This document shows positions 10,555 to 24,800 of a stretch of DNA of 64,000 nucleotides, piece after piece. The notes beneath the pieces were generated by a model. That model made no database searches and was not told where the DNA came from. It saw only the letters and a list, made by a program, of their open reading frames with translations. The stretch covers positions 5,922,389 through 5,986,388 of the forward strand of contig CM121343.1 of assembly GCA_051530055.1 (NCBI GenBank), read 5' to 3'. This stretch comes from Neoechinorhynchus agilis. Its lineage: Eukaryota > Animalia > Acanthocephala. Position 1 is the stretch's first letter. Every line of letters starts with the position of its first letter. The translations under genes and the position numbers were made by a program.

Positions 10555-13500
10555 TCATATTATAACCGTTCTAATTTTAGACGATGTCGATCCATTCTGT
10601 GCCTCCGGTTGGTTCGGTTGATGACCACTGTTGGTCCCGCTGTCCACCTGAATCAAATGTTGCTTTAGTAGCCTCTCGAACCAACTCGTATAGTCACATT
10701 GGTTCTAGACATACGGATCATCCATCATAGAATTTGAAAACGAAATGATTGTTCTTACAATTTTACCAATTAAAAACAAACGCATTTCTTTTACAAAACT
10801 TGCTGTACTGGCATAAGGATTCGATGAGCTATCCATCAAACGCATGCGTATTGTTTTGTAAGAAGGCCCGTTCGCCGACATTGGTTCAGCTTGCTACAAA
10901 AATGGATCGAAGAGATGGTACTACATTGGTTATTGATACTATTTATATACCTGAACACTAGTAAGCTGCTTTGCGTCTTCATTAGGTAAGTTGATAAAAA
11001 ACTCTAGCCAAAGACACCTACAAATCTGTGCGTTAAGTTAGAATAATATTCTCACGAGTTTTCGTCGAATCTCACCTGCATGTGATCTTCGATTTTACGT
11101 CGTTTTGAACGAGATTCACCATAGTTGACGTTATGCGATGATGTGCTCATGAGTAAGCATATAGAGCATACCCACTTGTATCTTTTTTCATCTTCATCTA
11201 TCACTTTAACCATTGAAAAGAATCATACCTTTGATTGTGCTTGGATGGCGAATGGAGAAGACATTCTGAATGGAAAAACCGAAGGCAGAGTGAACAATTT
11301 TGAAGCTTTTTCGCTTCCCCTCGACATATACAGCAAGTTAAGGCAGCCGGAGTTTCTGAATCAGAATCTATCAGAAACTATAAAAAAAGGAAATCAGGAG
11401 TTTATCATCTTAGCAGTTCATTTGGCACTCACTGATTTGTATGTCTCAGGACTAGCAAGTCGTCTGCGTTGACATGTACTCCTACAAATTGCCTTATCGG
11501 AAAAAAAATCAAATCCGTGATTTCTAAAAGGTTTTACCTTCGGTTCCTTCAGCGACGATTGGCTCATGCCAACTACGCTGTTTTGCCTCTTTGAATAATT
11601 CTTCGATGTTGACTCACTTAACGCTTTCAGCGGACGTAAAAGCGCTGATGTGCTCATAACTTGAGAAATCGTGTTACTGTTCACAAGTGGCAAGAACGGA
11701 CGTCCAATTTGAATGCCTTCGCCGTTGACTGGATTAATAGTTGTATGAGTTCGATGGGCACAATGGAGATTTGCAGCCGGTGAGCGACATGGATCAGTTG
11801 ACGGTACGCACACTCGAGCTGGTGATGCAGCGCCTATGTAGTTTGTGGAGCATAAACCATGAGTGAAGGGTGAGTATAAGTCAGTTGACTGACTGCTTTT
11901 ATCTAAATAGTAATGTTGGACATCTAGATGGATTCACACGAGTAAATCTAACAGGAAGATATACGGTTACGTAAATCCGATCTTGTGCTATCCTAAATAT
12001 TTAGAGCTCAGATCTGTTAAAGTGGTTGTTAAAAATACCTTTGCCTTACATGCTGGGATGCACTCAGCGGATGATCCATGGGGATATCCATCAACTAACA
12101 ACATTCCCAGCATGGTTATACTTTTATCAAAGTTGCCCTGGTCAGAAGCGAACTGAACTTGAACTTTAAGGTCATCCAATTTCGTGGATTGCATTTGCCG
12201 AATCTCACCAAGTCGATCGTTGATATTATCCTTTACGTACAATAAAAGTAAAGGATCGGCTTTTAAAGCATTAAATGAAAATAAAGAAATAGCCTTATGG
12301 AAAGTACACTAACGGTCCTTTATCGCTTTTTGCGTGAAGCTAATTGACAAATTTCTAAACGAGTATTCCGCACAGGCTTGGACGAGCTTGAATTTTAGCA
12401 GCTTTCGTTTGTTATTGCAGTAAACCTTCAATTCCTTCAGTAGTTGTTTTTCTCGTTTTTGGACAGACTCCATCAATTTGACCGTAAAAGACCTAATGTC
12501 GCTAGAAACCTAACATTTTGATGAAGACACAAAGTCAACTTTGAGTTTCAAACCTTTCCTTGAATTTCAGCTATTTTAGCTAGCTGGGAATCGATCAACT
12601 CGAACATCTCACCCTGCTTATTGTCACACGCCTTGCATTCATCCATCAACGTTTGTAATCGCTTTCTGAAATCATCAGCCGCATCTCCGATTGGTCGATG
12701 CTGATGATCCTGATGGCTCGTTTCTTTGCATTCCTTGCATGTAAGGCATCCACATAGATTGCAATAGTACCGTAGCCGTTGATTGGCATGAAGCTTCATG
12801 GAAGTTTTTATGCATAAAAAAAATTCAATATATTGTTACCTTGCAGAGTATTGATTTCCTATTCTTGAGACATGATTCAACCTCCCCGCAATGCTTTACC
12901 ATGTGCTTTTTGGTTAGTTTTACCCTGCCATGGGCCTGCTCACATCCATCGCACAGCCACTCATCGCAATCAAAGCAGTACCTTAATAATATTTTAACTT
13001 CTCTCGATGGTGATTTATAGTGATGTTATCGAAGTAAGTATCAATCGTTTTGCGCCGATAAAGGGAAATCTTGATTGTATCTCTCTACATAATCGGCAAA
13101 TTCGCGCAACAATGCCGTTATTTCTAATAAAGTCGAATTTCCTACGGCCGTTTCCGTATTTTGTCAATACTTAAAATCTAATCTATTATTGGTTCAAAAA
13201 CCGGCTTTTCACACTGTGCCTATCATTTTGGTATTTTTGAACACTGACCATTGTGCCTGAAACCGCTCATCACAGCTCGTGCATGACTGATCCTTTTCAT
13301 TGCAACTCGTTTCGGGAACTTTTGCTTGTTCATCGATAAACGGATTTGATATAATTTGACTGGCCTCCGTGACATGTTTGCACTTTACACACTGAATTTT
13401 AGCGATTCCTTCGAATAATCACAGCATTCCCGTGTGAATACTTAAAAATGCGACGGTCTTACTCTGATCTGGAACGCAGGCCTTGTCGATGAATAGCTGA

Positions 13501-13610
13501 ACGCACGCATTGCACACTGAATGGAGGCACTTTAACAGCCTTGCATTATCCGCATTCAGGTTTCCTTGGCAAACAGGACAGGTTCCTTGTGAGTCAAACT
13601 GTGACTGCAT
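10555..13610 (-). CDS. TIF1/bonus-family TRIM protein (RING, B-box1, B-box2, coiled coil, PHD, bromodomain), multi-exon
   Basis: RING CPVCQ...CLHSVCNAC; B-box1 CTSCDE...CFDCDEWLCDGCEQAHGRVKLTKKH; B-box2 YYCNLCGCLTCKEC...HQDH; coiled coil; PHD CCICRGE...CSLCLRFFHSEC...WVCSIC; degenerate bromodomain (YKTIRMRL...PYASTASFVKEMRLF). Stop at 10555-10557. Confidence 0.88.
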
Positions 13611-15886
13611 TGCTTTTAATCTATGGACAAAACACTCGTACGCGTTTAGGTTGTGTAAGTGAGTGGATGTGAGTGGGTGTGCTTAAGACTCGTCACTTTG
13701 ACCGTCAAATATTACGTTTTCCTCCTAACGTACATCGAGTCCCTTTCCAACGTATTACTCCGGTTAAAAAGTGCTTCTTGAGTATCGCAAACTAAGCACC
13801 TAAAAGCCAAAAGGGATTCAAATTGCGAACAACGCGTTGAGGGATGCGCCCCTAACTTCGACCCAATTCACCGATGGAGCAGTTTAAATAGTAAAATTAT
13901 GGCGAGTAAGGGACGGTTTAAGTTAAGGCGATGAATCAGATCCATGTCGACGAGTCAGCTGACAGTATAAGTCATCAAAAGGGAAATACATCTCACTCCA
14001 TGCATGAGTCCTCCAACAGTCATATTTCTCAAGCATGTCCTCAGCCAGAAAAACAAACGAATAAAAAGTTAAATCCTTTCATTGACCCCCCCTGCAAAAT
14101 ATGCAGAAAATTTGTTTTATAAACTTAATAAAAAACTCATGGAGCTAAGTACTTGATGAGTCATTGATGACAAATCATGCGTGGGATCATGAGTGAGCTG
14201 TCAATGACATATAAAAGAATAATGATTTTAAACTCATTGAGCGATCAAACTAATCCGTAGTCGGGGTGCACGTGCCTACATTTAAAAATGCTTTCTATGG
14301 CTTCATTCGGTACTACATGGATACTGCAGCCTTTCACGACTGGCTGCTAAATATGATATAAAACTTAAATAGTGCCTTTCTCTAATTTCTTTTTTGTTTT
14401 CGTAAATCTTAAATTCAGCTAAAAATTTCTACTCGGAAAGATGGAAACAATTTCGAGTTTAAAAACCTTCAAAAAATCTACAATGTCTAAACTTCTCTCT
14501 TGACTCGAATCTCCGGATTCGTCATCCACTCCAAATTCAGGTAATCACGAGGATCTAGAGGTATATGGTCCCTTTTCATTATCAAAATAAAACGTGCTAT
14601 TATTAAACTATCGATCTAATCCGGCCACTTGTTTGTATCGATATCTTATCCATCCCCCCTTTTCTCAGTCTTTTCTTCGGGCGTTTGTTCAAATATCTTT
14701 CTCTTATCCGCTCTTCTCTCATCGTCCATCACTCGTGATTTTTATTAGACATTGATTGAAAAATATTTGCTTCGCTCTTCCGCTGTATCCGAAAGCTTTC
14801 ACTTTTCAGATGTACAATGTAATATTCTCTGAATTAAACTCCAAACTTAGGTAAACTCTTATGCGACCGTGTTTGTAGAGTCGAATAACGTTCAGAGGAA
14901 ATCTTAACACGACAGAGATCATAGCCAAGAGATTTTCGGGCTATATACCTTCAGCTGTCAAATTCTAGCGCTTTTCTGTCCCTTTTCCCGATTTCGGTTG
15001 AGCATAAGCATCACTGGATTAAAAACAACATAGAGATTCTCGAAAACATTTGCGGGTACTGTAAATTGTGAACTTATTCCAAAATCCCGATCGGATTTAG
15101 AGTAATTAATTTACGCCCCATAAATACATAGGCACAAAAATACGCTTCGATATATCAGTTTAAGTGATTTGCTTAGTGAGCGAGATGTTTATTTAGATCT
15201 CATGATAAAGTCAAGCGAGTAATTACAAAATTGCAAAATCATTAGTTGAAGAACGTTCATTTTCAAAATCTATAGAAAATCAAAATTTAAATCGCACTCT
15301 CTACAATACAATGTCCGCATCATTTGAACACAGTTGCTCCTATCATAAAATTACACGCAGATTCTTAAATGGATTTATTTGACGAGTCGCCAACGATTTC
15401 TCACTTTGATCGGGTGATATTGGCACAGTTTTGACACCAATCTTTTTTATAATTATATTTGTTTAGGCCACTGACCCTTTTATCTTTTTATAAACCCCTC
15501 ACAAGTTCTCATATTAGTTTCAAATGGACTATTTATAAGGTAAAAGCGGGATTTTTTTGAAGGTCAAAGAACATGCGCAAGATTAGAAAATATTTAACCC
15601 GGACAGCACGTCTAGAATGTTGAAGGATGGTCCACCGCGGCGTTCCTCAGCCAAGGTCAACAAAAGCTTGTGTAATGGTATGAAGGTGACACAATGATTG
15701 ATGGATAAGAAATTATTAAAAACTCGTGGTCGTCGCGCTTTTGATCATTATCAATAATAACATACTTTGGCACATTCACTCACAAAGAATTCAGAGCGCA
15801 CGGGAAATCAAAGAAATTTGGTGGTAGCGAACACTATTGGAGATCAACACTACACATCCGGCGATTCCTCCCGCTTTCTGTGGCGC

Positions 15887-18800
15887 TTACTGGCGTTGAT
15901 CTTGTGACTTAAAAGAGGAGGAAGCACCGCCGCCTCCACCGGATGACTGATGGTGGTGGTAGTAGCGGGAAGCGGAGCTCGAACGTTCCATTCGACTTGT
16001 GCTAGCTCCTCCCGTACCAACGATGGTGCCGCCCCCAGAATTATTGCCCGTGGTCATTACAGGCACCTGGCGAACCCGGTACGATTGTGATGGTGTACTA
16101 CTACTTGTAGTGATTGGTTGATGTGATTTAGACGACCTTGAGAACTCATCCTCTGCTTGACGTTGAGCCGAATCAACGTGACGAGTGGCGGTATGTTTGT
16201 CAATTATTCGTTCTCGATACATGACAGGTCTGGCTCCGGCAGCCAAGTAAGGAAAATACGGAACAGCAGCTGCAGCAGCGGGATAGTACAGAACAGGGTG
16301 GGGTGGACGAGTGCTGCTTATGGCTCGTCTATACCGTCGATCAAGACTTTGCTGGTTGTGCTGCTGCTGATTCTGGTGGGTGAACTGTGAGGATGTATAT
16401 GACCTTCCCGTTCTTCCAATTGCTCTTAGACTCCTTACGCGCAGTAGAGGTTGAAGGCGAAACTGATCAGCGGCGGATGGCGATTGCCGTTGCATCCATT
16501 TGTCAAGTCTTGATAAGCGCGTTGTACTTGGCTCACTAATGACTGATCGGTGATCGTCGCCGGCTGCTGCACCGTACAAAAAGTCCGATGATTCGTATCC
16601 ATCCGTAGTGCATGTTGCGTTCGGCCCCTCGTCCACTCCTTTATCCAACTTTGTTGTCGATGTCGGTGTACAGACATTGTCGAGCTTAAGTTCAATTCGT
16701 CGCACTTGGTCTTCAAGACGAGACAACATCGACTTTAGCTTTTTAGCACGACTAGGTTCTCGATGTTCAATAACATGAATTGTCCGTTCAGTCTCCTTTA
16801 TGACACGCTCTATCATTTCTCGATCAATAACATGTCTGGATGAAAAATCATCTCTAAGATAAGCGAGGTCAGCATGAGCATCATCCGGAAGGGTACCACG
16901 GGAGACTAGTTTATCAATCAGTTGCAGGTAAGCTAGGCATCTAGCGTATTTCCTTCTGAACTCGTCGTCTTCATTTGCCATCGGTGGTTGCTTTTGACTA
17001 GACGCAGGCTCAACATGTTCAGGTTCATCGTCATCCGTAGTGGTGAGACTACGGTCTTCTTTTCTAATAGTTCGCTGGTGATGTATTTGTTGTTGGTATT
17101 CGTATTTATCTATAAAATGATTGTATCTGTCCTTGAGATCGTCGTATCGCCGACACACGTTATCAAGATCGTTAAGAGCAAGTTCAGAGAAGTGATTACT
17201 CCTCGACCCCAGATTTCGACCCAGTTCGCTCAGGTGATCGATTTGGGACCTGAGACGATGAAGGGTATCAGCAACACGATTGATGTCAGTCGTTGAAGAC
17301 GATGATAAATCCGTATGGGTCTTATCAATCAGGACCTGGATACTTTGGTAGGTGGATTGAAACCGCTGATAGTCACTTTCACATTGTTCATATTGATCCT
17401 GCAGAAAAAGTGGAGGTGTAATCAGGCGATGACGATTGGTGGAACCGAACTGGGGTAAATAAACCAGATGATGAAACCTTCTTTCCTTCGAGCTGGGCAC
17501 TGTCGAAGATGTGCTCGTCGTTAGCCGGAAAGTGGCATTTGCTGCAGCCATTGGAGGCACTGCGCAGCGCATAAATAAGATGAACCTCCGAGTAAGGGAA
17601 AGAAAACTTGAGACACAAATATGTGTGGCCTAGTTTTGGCTGCTTTATGTGTCGCCTCTTAGCTCCTCTTACACCTATAAGACAACAGAAACGCGCAAAA
17701 AAGGCAAGCCATAGAGATCACATACACCAAGCATCCTACAAGACCCTTATTGTGCCGTGAGGCTCTATGTGATGAGAACGGGAGAAAGCGACACACACAC
17801 ACCTATACTGTGGCAACAATCCACTTGACTTGGGTACCGAGAAGGCACTATGCAAGTGAGAACTCCCCTGCAGAAACTTAACACTCATGGGAATGATAAT
17901 ACCAACCTCAAGAACTGTACTCCGATCTTTTAGTCGCTTACACAGCTGATCCACTTTCCTCTGTGCGTCACTAATCCTGTCGCTCAAACTTATTATAGGT
18001 TTATCAGCACGACGCTCAATGTCACGCTGAAGCGAATGAAGAATTTGGAAATTAGAATCCAGCTTACGAATGTCAACTCGAGTTGACCGAATCCATTCAA
18101 GCTGCTCATCCGATGCTGCACTTTTACCAGCCAACACATTTACAACAGGATGACCTTCGAGCTTTCGCAGCTCATTATCCATCTTGCGAACCCATTCGAG
18201 CACCAAGGTCAACTCATTGTGAAATTTGCGAAGGCATTTCAATACGCATTCCAAATTCTCCTTGCCGGTAGTAACGCGAGCACCGAGATCATTAAACTGA
18301 TGTTTAAGACGGTCCAAATCATGAGTGGTCTCGTCCAAGCGGTCAGTCTGACGGCGGTCCACTATCGAACGCCCCTGCTTAATCACCTGCTCTATTTCGG
18401 GTTTTAAATCAGACAGCTGACTATACAGCTTCCCCGCATTCTCAAGTTGAGATTGAATAATCTCGATGTCATCTGAGCGAATATCTATATCCTGCATTTT
18501 GCCATCCACTTCACTTAGTTGCTGACGGCACCGAGCAAGACGAGGCTCGAAATCAGTGGGGCGCTGCATTTGCCGATATCGGTTGTGAAGGTCATCAAAT
18601 CGATTTCGTAGACTATCCAACTGATATTCCAATTTTCTTGCACATTCAATTTTACCTGCAGATCTCAACAAAGCGGCCTTGTCAATAAGATTTTGAAGAA
18701 TCCTCTCATATTTCCCAAACTGTTCATGAAGAGAACTAACCTTAGTTGACGAATAAGACCCACTACTTATAAGGGTTTCCGTTTGAGTCATCCATTCATA

Positions 18801-21800
18801 TAACTCTGTGATATGTTTTTGAATCCTTTGACTCTCCCTGATAGAATCTTCAAGCACCTCAATCCTTTTAAGTGCATCTTCATGTAATTGATCCCATCGA
18901 AATTCGAACTGCCTTATCTGGTTGCCCAGTGCTGGAATCATGACTCGCTTTGCTTCTAATGTTTTATTAAGCTCGCTGATCCTCTGTCTATTCACATGAG
19001 GGCGCTCATTCACTAACCTTTCCAGTGCGTTCAATTCTTCACTAATCGTATCCGGGTCAGTGGTAGCCGTTATTGTAGACGAAAATGTCCTGCTTTGTAG
19101 CATACTAAGCCATTCATTTTCTTCATTTAGCAATACTTTTAGTTCATTATGATTCCGCTCGACATCCTCGTAGTGTCTGATCTTATTTTCAACTTTAGAT
19201 TTAAGAGTTAACCAAGATTGTTTAAGTTTGGCCATCTCACGTGAATGGTCGTCATCTACATCACTAGCTACAACAGTAGTGAAAACTTCTTGCTTGCGTA
19301 TAAGCTCGTTTAACAAGTGCCGGTACTTTGACAGACGTTCTTCAATTTGTTCAGGATAATAGATAGGTCCATCATCGTTGAGTACCTCACGACTCCGGTC
19401 AGCTAACCACACTTCGATCTCAAGAGCACTATCCTCAAAACCGCGTTTAGCCGCAAATGCACTTTGTAACTGGTTCAATGATTGTTTTGTTTGTGACACT
19501 AATTGCGACCAATGTTGAGCAACACTATCTGCGTCCGCTTTTATCTTGCTAGCGAACGATTCGGTGGAAACACGGGCGATTTCCGCGGCGGTCTCACTGA
19601 TTCTATCTATACTCGATTGGAGTATTCGAGCATCATCGAGGAGTCCATTAGCCGCGGTCATTTGACTCTGAATCACGGCAGTGCTTGCATACTTGTGCTG
19701 TTGAGATTGACTAATTGATCTCAATTGAGCATCCATTTCATTTAAACGTAAACGGACGTTATTGACGTCCTGTTCGTGGTTACTTAATTGTCTTATCGCA
19801 CTTGAGTATTTTTGACTGCGGTCTTTAACGAAAATAGCAGCGTCTGACAATCGATCTGCTAGATTGTTTAATTCTAACTCAGTATTTCGGGCATCTTCTT
19901 GACTTACGACTCCACCGCCGTAAGCATACTCTCGCGAGAGACGTTTAACATGTTCGAGGTCAGCGGTTTTCTCCATCACATCAGCGTACATTTCATCGAA
20001 ATTGATTTTTCGAGACTCCATAGTGCGAAGCGTTGAGACTGCAAACGAATCGGCTAATAGAAGAGATTCGATGGATTCGAGCCAGGCTACAAATTTAGAT
20101 TTGGCGTCTGTATAGACAATATTCCGTGTGTTGCAAGAGCTGGCGTCTTTTGTGACCGACTGGTGATCTAAATTTGTGGTATGAGAGGGTAACCAATAAA
20201 AGACTGTTGGCAGTAGCCGCTTAATCAGCTCGACTACTACTGGCGCTGCTGCTGCCGCTGCCGCCGCCGCCACCACTACTACTACTACTGCTACTAATGC
20301 GTATATGCTCGGTGACGCGCGCGGCTGTGCCACCGCCATAAATAGCGGTTTGGGGACTTGGTGGTGGTGGTGGTGGTGGTGGGGTAGCCACCACGATCAC
20401 GTACGCCACCATCACCACCGAGGCCGGGGTGCTTGCGTGTTTGTGTATTTTGGGAGAGGCAGCACCAGCTGTGCTGGTGGTGTTGGTAAACTTACCTTGT
20501 TGTTCCATCGATCCATCATGAATCTCTACGATGCTTTGGATGTTGTAATTCGAGGAGGACGAGCGCTCTTCGTCAAAACATCCTGGAAAATTGTAAATAT
20601 TGGTTAGAGTATGAAGGAGGTTAGTTTGGCTTTCTTCATCATCCTCGGGTTGATGCTGCGGGTGTTGATCAAAAACGAAGTCCCTGGACGAAAACGTCTC
20701 TTCGTGTTGAACGGTGTGTTCACTCCGTTCGGTCACGAGGTGATGCTGATGGACAGACTCGCACACCGCGATCTCATCTTCCTCGGGAATGGGCTGGCCG
20801 CCTACTCCTCTAGCTGTATTCGTCATTACGGCTTGATGGTGGTGGTGGTGGATGGGCACGTTCATGTCCCTCCTCGGACAGCGCAGACGAGTACTCGGTT
20901 TTTTATTGCTGCTGCTGTTAGTGATGGTGGTGATGGCTGCGCATGTATCCGAAAAAGGGCGGTCGGCGCTCAGAGGGACAACGGAAAGCGATGGGACCGG
21001 AAGTTCGAAGTTGCAGAAAAGACTCCGTTAGTGTGCTAGTGACAAATATTTTGTCTTTGTGTGCACTGTGCATGACGACGACAAGAATTACAACATACCC
21101 TGCATGCTCTCTTGTGTCGTCTCTAAGCTGAGGAACCTGGCGACTCGAGACATGTCTGCTGCTGGAACTGCACAACGAACACATTTCGGATATCGCTCCT
21201 TCTATTCTGGCCAAGGGATTCTTGTGGACTATCATCACCGCCGCCTATCTCAGATGTGTCGTAGGGACGGCGATAAGCACTAGAGAGAGAACCAGCGATC
21301 TTGATCGAGTTTTAAGAGACTAAGAGGGTCAAAGACGAAAGGTGTTTTAAACGAGACAATCATGTAGCCTGAGAAAAGCCGTACAATGTCGAGGAAGCGT
21401 GTGTTGCGCCTTTTACCAACACGAGTGTTATATGAGTGCTCAATGCGAGTGTTTGGGGGGAGGAACGAAAAGAAATGTATGAGTGATAAAATCACGGTCA
21501 ACCTCGTTTAAACCACAACCTAAACTAGGGGAGGAAGCAGAGGCAGAGCGAAATACACGCATCCTACTCCATCACCAAAAAGTCATATAGCTCATTCTTC
21601 ATATCCCGCCGCCGCCGCCGCCGTCGTCGTCGTCGTTAGAGACCCATCAGCTCCACCGCATCGTCTGCGCATGAGAAGCAAGAAGTGGGAATTTCCTACG
21701 GGATGCTGCGCGAGTGTGCACCATGCATGCCATAAAGCGGCGACATTCTATGAATTGCGATGCGTTGAACCCTTTTAGCCATTTTTGCTTATCGCGCTAC

Positions 21801-24800
21801 CTATGTCGCATTGTTGAGGCGCTGAGGAATATCTGCCTAAGAAGATCCATCACCCGCAACAGCTCCATTCGATGGCGCTCGCAATTCGGCATTTGCGAAA
21901 CAATGGAAGTCACTACTAACCTATAACCGCACTTAGCTTCTGATCAATCTGCGAGATCTCCACTCGTACACTGCGTGTACTTTCTTCACCATGCCCACGC
22001 TCCATATCGTTGACCAGCATTGATAGATATGCTAACCGATCCTTGAGATTCTTCGCTTCGTCCTGGGCGATCTAAACGATGAAAGCATTTTAAATGTGGT
22101 GCTTTGTACCCATTAAAGGTATTTCGTTCAACCAGAGCCATTCATAGAAAAACACTGGAACGATGCGGATGTGTCAACGTTAGTAGAATGCTCATGCGAT
22201 CGATGTCTAACTATCATACTATACTCGAGACTCACATTCTCACGAACATGCGCGCAAATAGGCATACACATCACTTACACTAACGCCCCCATTGTCACCA
22301 CCACCACCACCGCTACGAATATCACCACCACCACCACTACCGATCGTTACCCCTTCAACACTACGTCTTATCGGATCAAGCTCACTTAAGACGTAAGCCA
22401 AGTCTACTCTTGTGCACTCTTGTAAGCTTTGACACCTTGATACAATATGGATTACTTGCTAATCGAAAGCTCACGCCGTTCAACCTCATAAAACTAACAT
22501 AAACACTTAAAAATAAAGCAACTAACGCTTTTTGACTCTAATTTAAAAAAAATAAATCCACTAAACCCTTCATTACAAGAGTCACACGGAATTACGGCTA
22601 ATGAAGCGGATTTCTTTTCAGATTCAACTATTGATCGTAACGCGGAAAAGCGTTTGACCACTTCGTTGAACGTTTTACGCAATGACACATGAGAACCATT
22701 CATGCTTGTTAACATCTTCCCTGCGTTGCTCAGTTCCTCTGCACCATTATCGAACTTCTGTAACAAGTCCTAAGTATAAGAGCAGAGTGAAAAATTAAAA
22801 TAACGAAATAAGATTAAATATTACACTAATAACAAAGTATTTCTCGTGTTTATCTAGAGGTTCATATTGATCTTCTCGGATTATATCATCCACACGATTC
22901 AACCACTCACTGAATTTTATACATGTTTCATTTATTTTCGCTGCTGGATAATTGCTTTCGACTTTCTCGTATCGGTTGCGATTTTGTGGGCCGCTTGTGG
23001 ATAAAATCAGACTGGATTTTTCTTCAATATTGCCGATATTTGTAGCTGATTGAATAATGTAGGCAATAGACAGCGGCGGTTTAATCACATTTCCACTTTT
23101 GCCAACGACCTAAAAGCAAAAAGGTCATATATATTGAGAACTGAATGTTGTGGATGGAGGAGGGCGCCAATAAAACGCAAAATATTAACTACACTACTGC
23201 ACTCACATTACGACCGCTGCAAATACGCCCGAGAAACCGACGAATTGCTGTGGAAAATGATTTCATTTTGATATTTTTCCGATCATTCTCCTCCTCCTCG
23301 AAACTAAGGAGAACAAATTTGCCACATTTCACCTACATTCCTGCTATTTAAGATACTTATTATGAGCGAATGTTTTGTGCATGCACATTTGGGTGAAATT
23401 GATGTCTTAGAAACACAAAGAACGGGTTCACGTGAATACCGGGAGAACACTATCTGCCTAGCGTGTTTTTTTCGCAAATGTACGCACAGTTGTGCACAAG
23501 TGGGAGCTAATGTGCTTCTCCTGCTAGTGCAGCCACTACACTCCTAGCATTACACCGAAGTAACTATAAATATTGATGCTTGATTTAGAACTAACATTTC
23601 AAAACGCTTATATAAGCATCGAAGAACACCTAACATGATACCTCAAACATCCAGTGAACCATAAATATCATTTTCTGCGCATTTGCTGCTATTTCAATTC
23701 CCCACTCTCATTGGCTCAAAAATTACCCACTCTTTTGACGCCAAGGTAACTAATAATCATGACGAAAATCGAAACTATGCAAAGAACTTCTTGGATAATG
23801 AATTATATAGGTAATTAGCATGTAATGTTCAACTATGTCATTACTTAAATTTACCACTTGGGGGGGGAATTTGATATTAAAGGGAGTGTTTTCGTATTAG
23901 CCTAAATGCAAATAAGATCCCATCGAAAAGTATTAAGTTCCGAGTCTACAAATTGCTTGTAGGTTTCTTGTACTAAATAAACGTTATTTCTGACACTTTC
24001 AATAAACATTTTGTTCCGTTCGGAATATGGGACAATGTTATCGATTCAAATATTTTTAAACATTATAAAATTCCTATAAGTCAATACTGACAATTTTTGA
24101 TCATTTGTTCACTTAAAACTCATATAATCTATTGGGTAAACAGGGCATAAATTGAAAAATTCGCCATAAGACTTTCTTCAACACACAAATTGACCTAAAG
24201 TTCGTATCATCTAAAAAGACAACTTTGCGCAACGACAAAACGCCATACACCTATTAGCAAAATGCAAATATTGCCATTGAATCAGTCAACATAACGTTGG
24301 GATAAATGGTTAAGAAAATAGCTTAAGTTCAATCAACGATATCGTACAAAACCATCGTATTGCCTATATTGGCACATCCTAGAGATTGCCAAAGTCGCAT
24401 AGACCCATTTGTTTTATTTTTAAATTAAAGATCTGTTAATAGGATGTGAGCTGGTCTGTTTATTAAAATGGGTTATCGATCTTCCTGTTGTTTTTCTACT
24501 CAAAACTTTGTAACCTTATGAACGTTCGGACGTTTTACCACTCACCGAGTTAATTCGCCGCCGATGTGTTTGCACGCGAGCCTCATAAGCATTTAAGCGA
24601 GCTTCGAGATTAACTATTCGCTCCAAACCAGATCGCAAGGAATCCGGACGTGACATAATATGTTCATCCCTAGATCTAGCCTTTTGCAGCAGCAATCTCA
24701 ACTTCGCAATGGTACAATTCTTAAGAAAAGCAACCCACGAGCAAAATATTACCACCCTCCGATAACCCCCTTCTTACAAAGTCGACTTACATCATCGTCT

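Noticed and set aside
21401-21422. GTGTTG-CGCCTTTTAC-CAACAC resembles U5 snRNA loop I in a hairpin
   Set aside because: There is no outer stem, no CCG internal loop and no downstream Sm site. The context is GT-rich with other GTGTT/AACAC pairs.
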